From an uncultured Holophaga sp. (GTDB lineage: Bacteria; Acidobacteriota; Holophagae; Holophagales; Holophagaceae), in the NCBI GenBank assembly GCA_963664825.1, contig OY761614.1:2880001-2944000 (forward strand): a stretch of 64,000 bases of DNA. The letters run 5' to 3'. Shown here one piece after another: positions 46,728 through 56,797 of the stretch. The translations under genes and the position numbers were made by a program. Each line of letters opens with the position of its first letter. The stretch's first letter is position 1. The notes under the pieces are model-generated. The model saw nothing but the letters and a program-made list of their open reading frames with translations. It did no database searches and was not told the origin of the DNA.

Positions 46728-47441
46728 TCAGTGCCGGATCTCGATGCCCCCGAAGAGCACGAGCCCCGTGATGACGAGCCGGGGACGGGCTTCTCCGCCC
46801 TGGGGCAGGGGGGCGGTCTTGTCATTGACGCCGCCGAAAATGGCCGTGGCCTGCACCAGCACTTCCCAGCCCTCGGGCACCTTGATATCGCCGCCGCCGA
46901 ACATCACGAAGGTATCGAGCCGGGCGGAGCTGCCCTCGATCATGGCCTGGCGGAGATCCACCTCGAAGCTGCCGAAGATGGAGGTGAGTTCTCCCCCCCG
47001 GAAGGCCTGGGACTGGGGGCGGTGCTTGAAGGCGCTGAGGATGGCGTTGCCCCGCAGGAAGCCTTCGCTCTGCTGCAATTCCTCCGGCACCCGCCTGTGC
47101 TGCTTGAGGGCCCTGAGCACGATGAAGATGCCGACGCCCGTGAGGAGCATGGGGCCGATGAGATCCCCCACGCTGCGATCCCACACCGTCTTGAGGAGGA
47201 GCATGAGGCCGATGCCCGTGAGCAGGTAGCCGCTCACGCAGGTGCCCTGGCAGGCCCGCAGCTTGAGGAGGCCCACCGCCACCAGAATCAGGGGCCAGAA
47301 CTTGAAGACCATATGGCCGTAATAGAAATTGAGATCGAAGTTGTCCAGGAGGAGGCCCAGGCCGAATATGACGATGGCGATGCCGACGACCAGGGCGGGG
47401 GTGACGAAGCGGCCAGGGTGGGATTCAGTTTCGGGGTTCAT
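46728..47441 (-). CDS. LiaF-like membrane protein
   Basis: N-terminal TMs with FWPLIL; C-terminal IFG..EVDLR..FGG.DI.VP.GW repeats. Confidence 0.8.
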   Translation of the reverse strand: MNPETESHPGRFVTPALVVGIAIVIFGLGLLLDNFDLNFYYGHMVFKFWPLILVAVGLLKLRACQGTCVSGYLLTGIGLMLLLKTVWDRSVGDLIGPMLLTGVGIFIVLRALKQHRRVPEELQQSEGFLRGNAILSAFKHRPQSQAFRGGELTSIFGSFEVDLRQAMIEGSSARLDTFVMFGGGDIKVPEGWEVLVQATAIFGGVNDKTAPLPQGGEARPRLVITGLVLFGGIEIRH

Positions 47442-47839
47442 GAGGGCCTCTCGTTGGAATCCTGACAGAAAGATTCGGGAGCCTGGATGGGTTCGGTCTT
47501 GGGGGCTGGCCACAGGGCCCGGAGCGTGAGCACGAGGCCCATCCAGACAACGCCCAGGGGCCACCATTTCTCCAGCAGGTATTCCTTCTCCAGGCATCCC
47601 AGTTGGAGCATCAGGCCCACCAGGACCAGGACGTGTCCTCCCGTGGCGCGCAGGAAACCCCGGCTGAAGATCCGCTCTAGGCCCAGCACGACCAGGGCCA
47701 GGGGCCAGAATCGCAGGCTGTGGCTGGCGTCCAGGATGCCCAGGTTGTGCAGCAGGAAAGCCGCTCCGAAAACCATGCAGAGGATTCCCAGCACCAATTT
47801 GGCGGTGAAGCGGGAATCGCATTCCGATCGTGCGTGCAT
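47438..47839 (-). CDS. LiaF/LiaI-like small membrane protein
   Basis: Four TM with two (F/W)WPL motifs; coupled to the downstream gene. Confidence 0.7.
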   Translation of the reverse strand: MHARSECDSRFTAKLVLGILCMVFGAAFLLHNLGILDASHSLRFWPLALVVLGLERIFSRGFLRATGGHVLVLVGLMLQLGCLEKEYLLEKWWPLGVVWMGLVLTLRALWPAPKTEPIQAPESFCQDSNERPS

Positions 47840-47892
47840 CGTGTGCCTCCTGAACCAAGCTACGGGGCTGGATGCGCGGCGGCCATCCCCAT

Positions 47893-47923
47893 TCGGCGAA
47901 TGGCGGAGAGGGATCGGCGAACG
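47893..47923 (-). promoter_or_regulatory. Putative LytTR binding site
   Basis: Direct repeats CGTTCGCCGA / CATTCGCCGA (minus strand) with 21-bp period upstream of the operon. Confidence 0.6.
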
Positions 47924-47963
47924 AAGGGGGATCCTGCGGTTTCGAGTTCTGGGTAAGCAGATT

Positions 47964-48054
47964 CACCACGGAGGCACGGAGCCCACGGAGAAAAGCAGAT
48001 GGATAAATGCGCGGCTGCCAAGCTTCTCTCCGTGTCCTTTGTGTCTCCGTGTTG
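47964..48054. repeat. REP-like long imperfect palindrome
   Basis: CACCACGGAGGCACGGAGCCCACGGAGAAAAGC ... GCTTCTCTCCGTGTCCTTTGTGTCTCCGTGTTG. Confidence 0.7.
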
Positions 48055-48083
48055 GGTTTCAGTTTTTTGACGCTCAAGGGGGA

Positions 48084-48692
48084 TCATTCCCAGATGACCA
48101 TGCCCCCCCGGCTGCGCTCGCGCCAGGCGTGTTCCAGGGCGCTGGCGCGTTCCGGGGGGATCCGGAAGTGGAGGGTGGAGAGGCTGCCCTGGAAATCCTG
48201 GCCCAGGATCTCCGAATCGGGAAAGGCTCCCAGCACCTGGAAGGGCAGATGGGCCTGGGCGGCGCCGACCTGGATGGATCCGGCGCATAGGATGCGGATC
48301 GGCTCCAGCAGCCCCTGGGCATGGGCCTCCCCCAGGGCTCCCTGGACGCCTTCGGTGTAGGCGCGCACCAGGCCTCCCGTACCCAGTTTGGTGCCTCCGA
48401 ACCAGCGGATGCACACGGCCAGGAGATCGGTGAGATCTCCCCCCTCCAGCACCTTGAGCATGGGGCCCCCGGCCGTGCCCGAAGGCTCCCCGTCGTCATC
48501 GGCCCCTTGGCCGCGCAGGGGAGCCCCCTCCCGCCAGGCCGAGCAGTGGTGGGTGGCGTCGAAATCGCGCTTGCGGAGCCCCGTGAGCAGGGTGCTTCGC
48601 GCTTCAGGGGTTTCGGCGGGATGCAACTCGGTCAGGAAGACCGAAGCCTTCTCCCGGAACTTGAAGCTGCAGGGCGCAATCAGGCGGCGCAT
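48084..48692 (-). CDS. yigZ: IMPACT/YigZ-family protein
   Basis: DATHHCSAW, DDDGEPSGTAG.PML, RWFGGTKLGTGGLVRAY. Confidence 0.9.
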   Translation of the reverse strand: MRRLIAPCSFKFREKASVFLTELHPAETPEARSTLLTGLRKRDFDATHHCSAWREGAPLRGQGADDDGEPSGTAGGPMLKVLEGGDLTDLLAVCIRWFGGTKLGTGGLVRAYTEGVQGALGEAHAQGLLEPIRILCAGSIQVGAAQAHLPFQVLGAFPDSEILGQDFQGSLSTLHFRIPPERASALEHAWRERSRGGMVIWE

Positions 48693-48821
48693 CCTCTCAG
48701 CCTGCCACACAATGGCGCGACCCACATCACGCGAGTCCAGCCCTTCCCAGGGCTGGGGCGCCTTGCAAATTCCGGGCATTGGGAGTGTGATTGGGCCGAT
48801 CCCCTTTCGATGGAGGCGGCC

Positions 48822-49739
48822 ATGGCTACGGCACGTGTGAAGGAAATCCTCTCCTGGTATGCGTCGGAAAATCCGGGCGTGAAGGCCAACCTGGCGCGTC
48901 TCATGAATGCAGGGCGCCTGGCGGGCACGGGAAAGCTCGTAATCCTGCCGGTGGACCAGGGTTTCGAGCATGGTCCGGCCCGCAGCTTCGCCCCCAATCC
49001 CCCGGCCTACGATCCGCGCTATCACGTGGAACTGGCCCTGGAAGCGGGCTGCAACGCGTACGCAGCGCCCCTGGGCTTCCTGGAGGCCATCGCGTCGGAC
49101 TACGCGGGAGAGATCCCCCTCATCCTCAAGCTCAATAATTCGGATTCCCTGAGCAAGATCGAACCCTGCGGCGCGGTGACGGCCAGCGTGGAGGACGCGC
49201 TGCGGCTGGGATGCACGGCCATCGGCTACACGATCTATCCGGGCTCCAGCGACCGCAATGGGATGTACGAGGCGCTGCGGGAGCTGATCCTGGAGGCCAA
49301 GGCCGTGGGCCTGCCCACCATCGTCTGGTCCTATCCCCGGGGCGCGGGTCTTGCCAAGGAGGGGGAGACCGCCGCCGATGTCTCGGCCTACGCCGCCCAG
49401 ATCGCCTGCCAGCTGGGGGCCCACATCGTGAAGGTGAAGCCCCCCAAGGCCAACCTGTATACCCCAGAGGCCGCGAAGGTCTACGAGAAGTGCCAATTGC
49501 CCACCGGGACCCTGAGGGAGCGCGTGGCCGAGGTGCTGCGCAGCGCCTTCAATGGTCGGCGCATCGTGATCTTCAGCGGCGGCGAGGCCAAGGGCACAGA
49601 GGAGGTCTTGGCTGAAGTCCGAGAAATCGCCGCGGGCGGAGCCTTCGGCAGCATCATGGGCCGCAACGCCTTCCAGCGACCGAAGGCCGAGGCGCTCGAA
49701 CTGCTGCGCGCGGTCATGGAGATCCACGCCAAGGCTTGA
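48822..49739 (+). CDS. fbaB: Class I fructose-bisphosphate aldolase
   Basis: ILPVDQGFEHGP, WSYPRG, GSIMGRNAFQR; GGAGG RBS. Confidence 0.92.
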   Translation: MATARVKEILSWYASENPGVKANLARLMNAGRLAGTGKLVILPVDQGFEHGPARSFAPNPPAYDPRYHVELALEAGCNAYAAPLGFLEAIASDYAGEIPLILKLNNSDSLSKIEPCGAVTASVEDALRLGCTAIGYTIYPGSSDRNGMYEALRELILEAKAVGLPTIVWSYPRGAGLAKEGETAADVSAYAAQIACQLGAHIVKVKPPKANLYTPEAAKVYEKCQLPTGTLRERVAEVLRSAFNGRRIVIFSGGEAKGTEEVLAEVREIAAGGAFGSIMGRNAFQRPKAEALELLRAVMEIHAKA

Positions 49740-49765
49740 CCCGACAAGGCCGCTATCCTGGTTCC

Positions 49766-50392
49766 ATGAGCGAACGCAAGGCACCTCTCTGTCTGAGCCG
49801 CTGGGATTTCGCGGGCGCTGGAGCGCTGATGGCGCTCCTGGCGGCCTGGGGGATGCTCAAGGGACGCCTCCCCTCGCGTGTGCCCACCCATTTTGATATC
49901 GCGGGAAGGGCCAACGGGTGGATGGACCGCGGCAGCCTGCCCTGGCTGGTCTTCGGTCTGCCCATCGGGATCTGGCTCCTGTTCTGGTTGATGGACCTAG
50001 CCATGGCTGGGGCCGATGATCGAACTGCGGCGAAGATGGCCGCGATGCGACCGGCTCGGGGCTTGATGACCCTTGGGGTGGCGGGACTGAGTCTGGCCAT
50101 GCTGCTCATCCCCCTTCAAGGTCTCTGGATCCTCTGGGTGGCCCTCGCCTTCCTCTTCCTCTGCCTGGGCGTGGGCATCTGGGAAAGCGTCCTCTCCAGC
50201 CGCCGCCTGGGGCCCCAGCCTGATGACGAATACTACGTCTGGGGGCTCTTCTACGTGAACCCCCGGGACGAGCGGATCTGGATCCCCAAGCGCATCGGCA
50301 TCGGCTGGACGCTAAACTTCGGGAGGCCCGCGGGCTGGCTCATGCTGGCCCTGCTCCTGGCGCCGCTCCTCCTGCTCCTGGCCCTGCGCTAG
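49766..50392 (+). CDS. DUF1648/DUF5808 membrane protein
   Basis: LP.RVPTHFD..G.ANGW; GLFYVNPRD..IWIPKR.GIGWTLNF. Confidence 0.8.
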   Translation: MSERKAPLCLSRWDFAGAGALMALLAAWGMLKGRLPSRVPTHFDIAGRANGWMDRGSLPWLVFGLPIGIWLLFWLMDLAMAGADDRTAAKMAAMRPARGLMTLGVAGLSLAMLLIPLQGLWILWVALAFLFLCLGVGIWESVLSSRRLGPQPDDEYYVWGLFYVNPRDERIWIPKRIGIGWTLNFGRPAGWLMLALLLAPLLLLLALR

Positions 50393-50396
50393 TCCC

Positions 50397-52202
50397 ATGC
50401 CTCCCCGCTCCAATGCCGAGTTCTCCCCCCTCCTGAAGCGGAAGCTTGCCGATCTCCCCACCCGGCCGGGGGTCTATCTCTACCGGGATAGGGAAGGGAA
50501 CCTCCTCTACGTGGGCAAGGCCAAGGTGCTGCGCAACCGGGTGAAGAGCTACTTCCAGAACAAGCACCAGGACGCCAAGACCCGGCGCCTGGTGGCGCGC
50601 ATCTGGGACCTGGAGTTCATCGTCTGCGAGACGGAGCTGGAGGCCCTGGTCCTCGAGAACAACCTCATCAAGGAACACTTCCCCCCCTTTAATATCCTGC
50701 TGCGGGACGACAAGACCTACCCCTACGTGAAGCTCACCTGGAAGGACGCCTTCCCCCAGGTCTTCGTGACCCGGCGGGTGGTGAAGGACGGGTCGCTGTA
50801 CTTTGGCCCCTTCTTTCCCGCCTCTACCGCCTACCGCACGGTGGAATTGGTCTACCGCTTCTTCCAACTCCGGGATTGCGATCTGGTCATCGATGGCCAG
50901 CGGAGCAGGGCCTGCATGAAGTACCAGCTCCACCGCTGCACGGCCCCCTGCATCGGCGTCATCCAGGCCGAGGCCTATGGCGAACAGGCCCGGGAGGCGC
51001 GGCTCTTCCTGGAGGGCAAGCGGGACGAGCTGAAGAACCGCCTGGAAGCGGCCATGTGGAAGGCTTCCGAGCACAGCGCCTTCGAACAGGCGGCCCATCA
51101 CCGGGACGCCCTCCAACAGCTGGATGCCTGGTTCACCCGCCAGAAGGCCGCCACCGTGGACCAGGAGGATACGGATCTCTACGGATCGGCGGTGCTGGAT
51201 GGCAGGGCCTGCGTCCACCGGCTCGTGATGCGGGAGGGGCGCATGGTGGGCCGGAAGGAATACATGATCGAGGATGTGGAGGCCGTGGATGGGGCTGTGC
51301 TCGCCCAGGTGCTCCAGCGGGTCTATTCGGAAGATCCCGTGCCCCTGCGCATCCTGGTGGAAGTGGAACCCGAGGATGTGGAGGTGCTGCGGGAGTGGCT
51401 GGGGGGGATGCGGGGCACGAAACCCACGATCCACGTGCCTCAGCGGGGGGAGAAGGTGGAACTCCTGGCCATGGCCCAGGAGAACGCGGGGCTGGCTCTC
51501 GAACGGAAATTCGAACCCGCCCGCCTCAACCAGGCCGTGCTGGAGGGCCTCCAGGCCTTCCTGGGGCTGGCCCAGCTGCCCCGGCGCATCGAATGCTTCG
51601 ATATCAGCCATGGACAGGGCCGCGAGGTGGTGGCCAGCTGCGTGGTCTTCACCGAAGGCGTCCCCGACAAGGGGCAGTACCGGCGCTTCAAGCTGACGAA
51701 CGAACAGAACGACGACTTCGCCAATATGCAGGAGACCGTCCAGCGCCGTTACAGGCGGCTGCGCGACGAGGGCAAGGAGCTTCCAGAACTGGTGCTCATC
51801 GATGGCGGCCTGGGCCAACTGCATGTCGTGCAGGAGGTGCTGCACGAACTGGAACTGGATCGGCTCGAGCTGGCCTCCCTGGCCAAGAAGGAGGAACTGG
51901 TCTTCCGCCCCGGTTCAAGCGAGGCCGTGCGCATTCCCAAGACCAGCCCCGTCCTCCAGCTCCTCCAGCGCATCCGCGACGAGGCCCACCGCTTCGCCAT
52001 CACCTATCACCGGAACCTGCGCGCCAAACGCACCCTCCAGACCGAACTCACGCAGATCCCCGGCATCGGCGAGGCCACGGCCCGAAAGCTGCTCCTGGCC
52101 TTCGGCAGTGTGACCGGTGTGCGGGAAGCGGAGGAGGCGGCCCTCCTTGAATCCATCGGCCCGGCCGCGGCGCGAAAGGTCATGCTCTGGCGCCAGGGCT
52201 GA
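50397..52202 (+). CDS. uvrC: Excinuclease ABC subunit C
   Basis: GIY-YIG (PGVY..YVGKAK.LR.RV.SYF), IECFDISH, LIDGG.GQ, IRDEAHRFAI, HhH. Confidence 0.97.
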   Translation: MPPRSNAEFSPLLKRKLADLPTRPGVYLYRDREGNLLYVGKAKVLRNRVKSYFQNKHQDAKTRRLVARIWDLEFIVCETELEALVLENNLIKEHFPPFNILLRDDKTYPYVKLTWKDAFPQVFVTRRVVKDGSLYFGPFFPASTAYRTVELVYRFFQLRDCDLVIDGQRSRACMKYQLHRCTAPCIGVIQAEAYGEQAREARLFLEGKRDELKNRLEAAMWKASEHSAFEQAAHHRDALQQLDAWFTRQKAATVDQEDTDLYGSAVLDGRACVHRLVMREGRMVGRKEYMIEDVEAVDGAVLAQVLQRVYSEDPVPLRILVEVEPEDVEVLREWLGGMRGTKPTIHVPQRGEKVELLAMAQENAGLALERKFEPARLNQAVLEGLQAFLGLAQLPRRIECFDISHGQGREVVASCVVFTEGVPDKGQYRRFKLTNEQNDDFANMQETVQRRYRRLRDEGKELPELVLIDGGLGQLHVVQEVLHELELDRLELASLAKKEELVFRPGSSEAVRIPKTSPVLQLLQRIRDEAHRFAITYHRNLRAKRTLQTELTQIPGIGEATARKLLLAFGSVTGVREAEEAALLESIGPAAARKVMLWRQG

Positions 52203-52226
52203 GGAATTCGGATTCGATAACCCGTA

Positions 52227-52928
52227 TTAACGCGAGGGCGTCTTCCCCTCCAGGGCCTTCAGCTCCTTCTGGGCGGCCACGCTCCCGGCCGCCGCGGCCT
52301 TCCGGTACCACTTCAGGCCTTCTTCCTGGTTTCTTTGCACGTTCAGGCCGTTGTAGTACATGACGCCGAGCATCCGCATGGCGTCCTTGTCCCCCTGCTG
52401 GGCCTTCTCGAGGTACGAGCGCAGGGCAGGGGGCACTTCGGTGGTGGCAGCCTCCTGGGGGCCGGGTTTTGCATCCGGTTCCGACTCTGGGGCCTCGGCG
52501 GTCTTGAAACCCAGGAGTTCGGGCCTCAGGAAATAGACCGTCCCCAAGCCCAGCAGCAGAACCAGGGTCGCCCAGCCCCAGAGGGGCATCCGCTTCCGCG
52601 GTGGCAGGGGCAGTTCCCCCGGGGCGATTCGCCGGGTCTGGACATCCGGATGGAGGATCTGTGTCTCGAAGAGAGGGGCAGACTCCGGAGGGGCTCCGGC
52701 CTGGATTCTCACCTCGGGGCCATTCAGGAGGGCCTGCACGGCCTCGGCGGAGGGGCCCAGGGGGCTCACGGGAATGGGCTGGGTGGGTTCATCGCTGGCG
52801 GCGGGCAGACGCTCGAACATGGGCAGCTCGGGCCTCTCCCCTTGGGTCATCTGGAGCGCATCGAGGTCATGGGTCTGTGTCGTGTCCCCGGGTTGGGATT
52901 CCGGAGGTTGGGGCAAGGGATCGGGCAT
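52227..52928 (-). CDS. Single-pass membrane protein with Sel1-like repeat
   Basis: Pro-rich N-terminus, TM, AMRMLGVMYYNG..V......KWYRKAA. Confidence 0.8.
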   Translation of the reverse strand: MPDPLPQPPESQPGDTTQTHDLDALQMTQGERPELPMFERLPAASDEPTQPIPVSPLGPSAEAVQALLNGPEVRIQAGAPPESAPLFETQILHPDVQTRRIAPGELPLPPRKRMPLWGWATLVLLLGLGTVYFLRPELLGFKTAEAPESEPDAKPGPQEAATTEVPPALRSYLEKAQQGDKDAMRMLGVMYYNGLNVQRNQEEGLKWYRKAAAAGSVAAQKELKALEGKTPSR

Positions 52929-52982
52929 GGTGGCTTCCCTGGAATGAACCCCAGCATAGCGCCGGGACCCTGGAACGGAGGA

Positions 52983-53456
52983 TCAGAAGTGGGCGCGCAG
53001 GCTCTCCAGGTAGGCGGCGGCTTCCGCTGTTTGCTCCAGCGGCGCCCAGGGAGGGCGTTCCTCGGCTCGAGGGGCGGCGTAGGGACCGGCCTTGGCCTCG
53101 AGGAAGACCGAACCGCGCTCCAGGGAAACCAGCCCGTGGAAGGTGCCGTGGGGTATGGTGAGGCCGAGGCAGCCTCCCGGGGTCAGGACCCGGGCCTCAA
53201 GGACCCCTCCCTGGGGATCGAAGATGAGGGCGCCCAGGCGGCCCCGGAGGACCAGCAGGGTCTCGTCCTTGGTGGGCTCCCCGTGGCAGTGGGGCGGGAT
53301 GTAGGAAGAGGGCTCGATGGCGATGAGGAGCCTGTGGCAGGGGTATTCCGCGTGGGGATGGAAGTTGTGGTGGGTGCGCTGACGGGCCGTGGCCCGAGCC
53401 TCATCGCTGAGGGCGTCCAACAGGGCGACATCGATGAAGGTGGCGCGGTTGTTCAA
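52983..53456 (-). CDS. WbuC-family cupin
   Basis: R.R.HHNFH, SYIPPHCH, GTFH, EAKAGPY. Confidence 0.85.
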   Translation of the reverse strand: MNNRATFIDVALLDALSDEARATARQRTHHNFHPHAEYPCHRLLIAIEPSSYIPPHCHGEPTKDETLLVLRGRLGALIFDPQGGVLEARVLTPGGCLGLTIPHGTFHGLVSLERGSVFLEAKAGPYAAPRAEERPPWAPLEQTAEAAAYLESLRAHF

Positions 53457-53640
53457 AGCTTCTCCTCTTGCTCCGAGGCCAAGGCCCTCGCTGCGATGAA
53501 GGGGGACCGCCTGCTCTCTCCAGATAGCCTACCCGGGTCCAAAACACCGGATCTAAAAGAGCTTTCCCGGTTCCGGAAGGTGATCCACTCTCCGGTTTAG
53601 CTTTCGCCAGGCGCGGTTGGGCGGTCCCCCCTGAATTGCA

Positions 53641-54420
53641 TCAGGCAGCCTGCACGCGGATCTCGCCGAAGGCTTCCGACTGCACCAGCCTCACCCGGCC
53701 CGTGCGCATGAGTTCCAGGAGGGCCAAAAAGGTGATGACGAGATCCTCCCGGGTCTGGGCCGTGGCCAGGAGTCCGCTGAAGGGGAGCCAGCGGCCATCC
53801 TGAAGATCCTTGATCACTTCGGCGATGCGCTGGTCTAGCGTCCTGGGGGCCGTGCGGACCTCGACGGCGGGGGGCGGGAGCAGCTTCTTGAGGGCTTCCC
53901 GGTAGGCGCCCAGCAGATCGAAGAGGGTGGCCTGGATGGGCTCCTCCTCCACCCGGGCGTGTTCCTGGAGATCCAGGCCCTTGGTGTAGACCACGGATTG
54001 CCATTCGCCTTCCCGCACGGCGAGTTCCTTGGTGGCCTCCTTGACGGCCTGGTAATCGAGCAGGCGCTGGACCAGTTCCTCCCGGGGATCCTGTTCCTCG
54101 CCATCCTCCGTGGGGGGCAGGGGCAGCAGCAGCCGGGACTTGATCTGGATCAGATGGGCCGCCATGGCGATGAATTCGGCGGCGACCTCCAGATTGAGTT
54201 CCTCCATGAGCAGCAGGTGATCCATGTACTGCTTGGTGACTTCTGCCATGGGCAGATCCAGGAGATCGAGCTTGTGCTCGCGGATGAGGTAGAGCAGCAG
54301 GTCCAGAGGCCCCTCGAAGGAGGCCAGGCGCAGCGAGAGATCCCGGAACTTTGTCTCGAAGCCCTTGGGGGCCTCAAAGGAAGGGCGGGTCTCGGCCGAG
54401 GAATCCTGGGGGTCGGGCAT
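53641..54420 (-). CDS. scpA: Segregation and condensation protein A
   Basis: FEGPLDLLLYLI, IKSRLLLP, TFLALLEL. Confidence 0.95.
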   Translation of the reverse strand: MPDPQDSSAETRPSFEAPKGFETKFRDLSLRLASFEGPLDLLLYLIREHKLDLLDLPMAEVTKQYMDHLLLMEELNLEVAAEFIAMAAHLIQIKSRLLLPLPPTEDGEEQDPREELVQRLLDYQAVKEATKELAVREGEWQSVVYTKGLDLQEHARVEEEPIQATLFDLLGAYREALKKLLPPPAVEVRTAPRTLDQRIAEVIKDLQDGRWLPFSGLLATAQTREDLVITFLALLELMRTGRVRLVQSEAFGEIRVQAA

Positions 54421-54981
54421 GGGTCGATTGTACCTCCTGACCCTTCATGTCCTACCTCGATTTGCCCGTCAGGTCCTCGATCTCTTGCAGTAGCTTGTCC
54501 GCCTTACCCTGGGGCAACAGGGGCAGGTTTTCGTAGAACACCCTGAACGAGGCCAAGCGCGCTCCCTGGACCGGACTGGGCAACTGGTCACTGAACTCTG
54601 CGGGCCGAGGCCCCGAGAGGGTCAGGGCCGCCGCCGACAGGAGATCCGCGGCATCAGGGTTGGCCTCGGCATTGTTCCTTCGCGCCGAGGACGTGTTGCT
54701 GGTTGCCCCCGGGGATGCGGTGCCCCTAGCTGTCCTGGATCAGTGGGTGGACTGATTGGCTTCGTATGCCTGAAACCGTAGCATTCATGGGCTTCACGGC
54801 GGTATCCCATGGGTGGCCCTATTGCTTTGTTCGGAGGATAAAAAACTGAAGCCAATGGCCGCCAAATGGCCATCTCAGTCGATTCAGATCTACCTCGATC
54901 CATGGCAGTCGTTGGGCCATGATTTGACGAAGTCTTGACGACGAAGACGATTTGACGAATCGGTTTGCCGGTATAAAACAA

Positions 54982-55009
54982 GAACCCCCCGGATTTCTCT
55001 AGGGGGTTT
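54982..55009 (-). terminator. Hairpin downstream of tRNA-Ala
   Basis: AACCCCC...GGGGGTT stem followed by T-rich tract on the minus strand. Confidence 0.6.
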
Positions 55010-55085
55010 TGGTGGAGCTGATCAGGATCGAACTGACGACCTCTGCAGTGCGATTGCAGCGCTCTCCCAACTGAGCTACAGCCCC
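55010..55085 (-). tRNA. tRNA-Ala(CGC)
   Basis: GGGGCTGTAGCTCAG...CTGCA-AT-CGC-AC-TGCAG...TTCGA...CTCCACCA; G3:U70 pair. Confidence 0.95.
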
Positions 55086-55199
55086 ATGGGAATCTCCAGT
55101 CTAGCGGGGCGTGGTCCGGCGTCAACCGATGCCTCGTGGCTCTGCGGCCATTCCCCTTGTTTTTTCGGGAGGAGGGCCCGATCCTGGGGCATGGCCAAG

Positions 55200-55742
55200 A
55201 TGGGGCGTCGGGTATCGTTTTTTTCATTCCTGCTGGCAGGGGCGGTGGGTGCCTCCGAGCCTCTTCCCCTGCCGGCCCTCGAGGCGCCCCAGGCCGGGCC
55301 TCCCCAGGCCTTCACCTGGGTCATGGTGCTCCCGGCCCGGGATTGGGGGGGCGGCGAATGGCGGACCTGGGTCGGCTCGGACCTGACATCGCGCAAGGTG
55401 GGGCGGTCCCGGCGAGGCACTCCCGGGGCCACGGTGGAAGTGGTGGAGCGCTTCTTCGATGAGCGCCAGGAGAGGATTTTGGATTTCAAGGCCACCTGGA
55501 AGCCGGTGCTGGCCCGCTCCTTTCAGCTGGGATGGCAGAGCTCGTACACCGGGGAGATGCTCTCGGAATTCATGACCATGACCGCCGCCAATCTGGGCCC
55601 CTTGAGCGTTCCCTCGGTTTGGTACAACGGTCTCATCCCCTATTGGGTCCAGCAGGGCTGGGATTCTTCCATGGGCTCCCGGGTTTCGATCACGAGTACG
55701 CCGTCGGACCGACCCATGATCCTATACCCCAAAAAACGCTGA
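55200..55742 (+). CDS. Hypothetical exported protein
   Basis: Signal-peptide-like MGRRVSFFSFLLAGAVGA; start uncertain. Confidence 0.55.
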   Translation: MGRRVSFFSFLLAGAVGASEPLPLPALEAPQAGPPQAFTWVMVLPARDWGGGEWRTWVGSDLTSRKVGRSRRGTPGATVEVVERFFDERQERILDFKATWKPVLARSFQLGWQSSYTGEMLSEFMTMTAANLGPLSVPSVWYNGLIPYWVQQGWDSSMGSRVSITSTPSDRPMILYPKKR

Positions 55743-55758
55743 TCGCCGCAAAAGGGGT

Positions 55759-56790
55759 CTACCGAAGGGCTTCCATGCAAGCCTGAAGCACCTCCGGGCC
55801 GGGTTTGACGGACTCCTGGGGCAGGAGGGCCAGGGGCGCGTCCACCAGGTGGAGGTATTCCTGCAGGGTGGGGCGATTGGGCTGGAGGCAGAGGAGGCCT
55901 GTGAGGAGTTCCCCCGCTTCCCGGGCCTCGTGGAGGGCCTTCATGGCGCCGAAGCGGTCCATGGGGTCGTAGTCCGCGTGCAGGCAGCGGAAGGTCAGGC
56001 GACTGCCATCGGGGAAGGCCACTTCCCGGGTCTCTCCGGCGGGGATCTCGATCTGCTCGAGCTCCGCGTAGGGCACGAAGCCCAACTCCTGAAGGGGAAT
56101 CTCCCTGTCCTTAGCCACCTTGTAGGATCTCGTGCTGCCCTCGTGGTTATTGAAGGTGACGCAGGGGCTGATCACGTCGATGAGGGCCGTGCCGCGATGG
56201 GCGAAGGCGGCCTTGAGGAGGATATTGAGCTGCTTGGGATTGCCGCTGAACCCCCGGGCCACGAAGCCGCAGCCCAGTTCCATGGCCAGGGTGCAGGGGT
56301 CGATGGGCGGGAACTCGTTCCGATCCCCCTTCTTGAGCAGGGAGCCGATATCGGCCGTGGCGGAGAACTGGCCCTTGGTCAGGGCATAGACGCCGTTATC
56401 CTCCAGGATGTAGACCACCGGCACGTTCCGGCGAATCATGTGCATGAACTGGCCCATGCCGATGGACATGGAATCGCCGTCGCCGCTGACGAGGAGGTTG
56501 GTGAGTTGACGGTTCGCCAGGGTGACGCCCGTGCAGATCGCCGCGGCGCGTCCATGCACGGAATTGAAGCCCCAGGCCTGGTTCAGGAAGTAGGCGGGCG
56601 TCTTGCTCGAGCAGCCGATGCCTGAGAGCTTGGCCACCCTGTGGGGCTCGATGCCCATCTCGAAGGCCGCCTGGATGATCTGAGCGGTGATGGCGTCATG
56701 GCCGCAGCCGGGGCAGAGGGTGGATTTGGCGCCCGCATAGTCCTGTTTTGTGAGGCCGAGGGCGTTGGTGATAGGGGGCATGGTGGGCAT
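55759..56790 (-). CDS. korB: 2-oxoacid:ferredoxin oxidoreductase beta subunit
   Basis: CPGCGH, SGIGCS, HGR, GDGD, NGVYALTKGQ.S. Confidence 0.93.
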   Translation of the reverse strand: MPTMPPITNALGLTKQDYAGAKSTLCPGCGHDAITAQIIQAAFEMGIEPHRVAKLSGIGCSSKTPAYFLNQAWGFNSVHGRAAAICTGVTLANRQLTNLLVSGDGDSMSIGMGQFMHMIRRNVPVVYILEDNGVYALTKGQFSATADIGSLLKKGDRNEFPPIDPCTLAMELGCGFVARGFSGNPKQLNILLKAAFAHRGTALIDVISPCVTFNNHEGSTRSYKVAKDREIPLQELGFVPYAELEQIEIPAGETREVAFPDGSRLTFRCLHADYDPMDRFGAMKALHEAREAGELLTGLLCLQPNRPTLQEYLHLVDAPLALLPQESVKPGPEVLQACMEALR

Positions 56791-56797
56791 GTGGGAC

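Noticed and set aside
54500..54790. Possible small frameshifted ORF or ncRNA between scpA and tRNA-Ala
   Set aside because: Low-complexity translation, no recognisable motif or RNA family; cannot be supported
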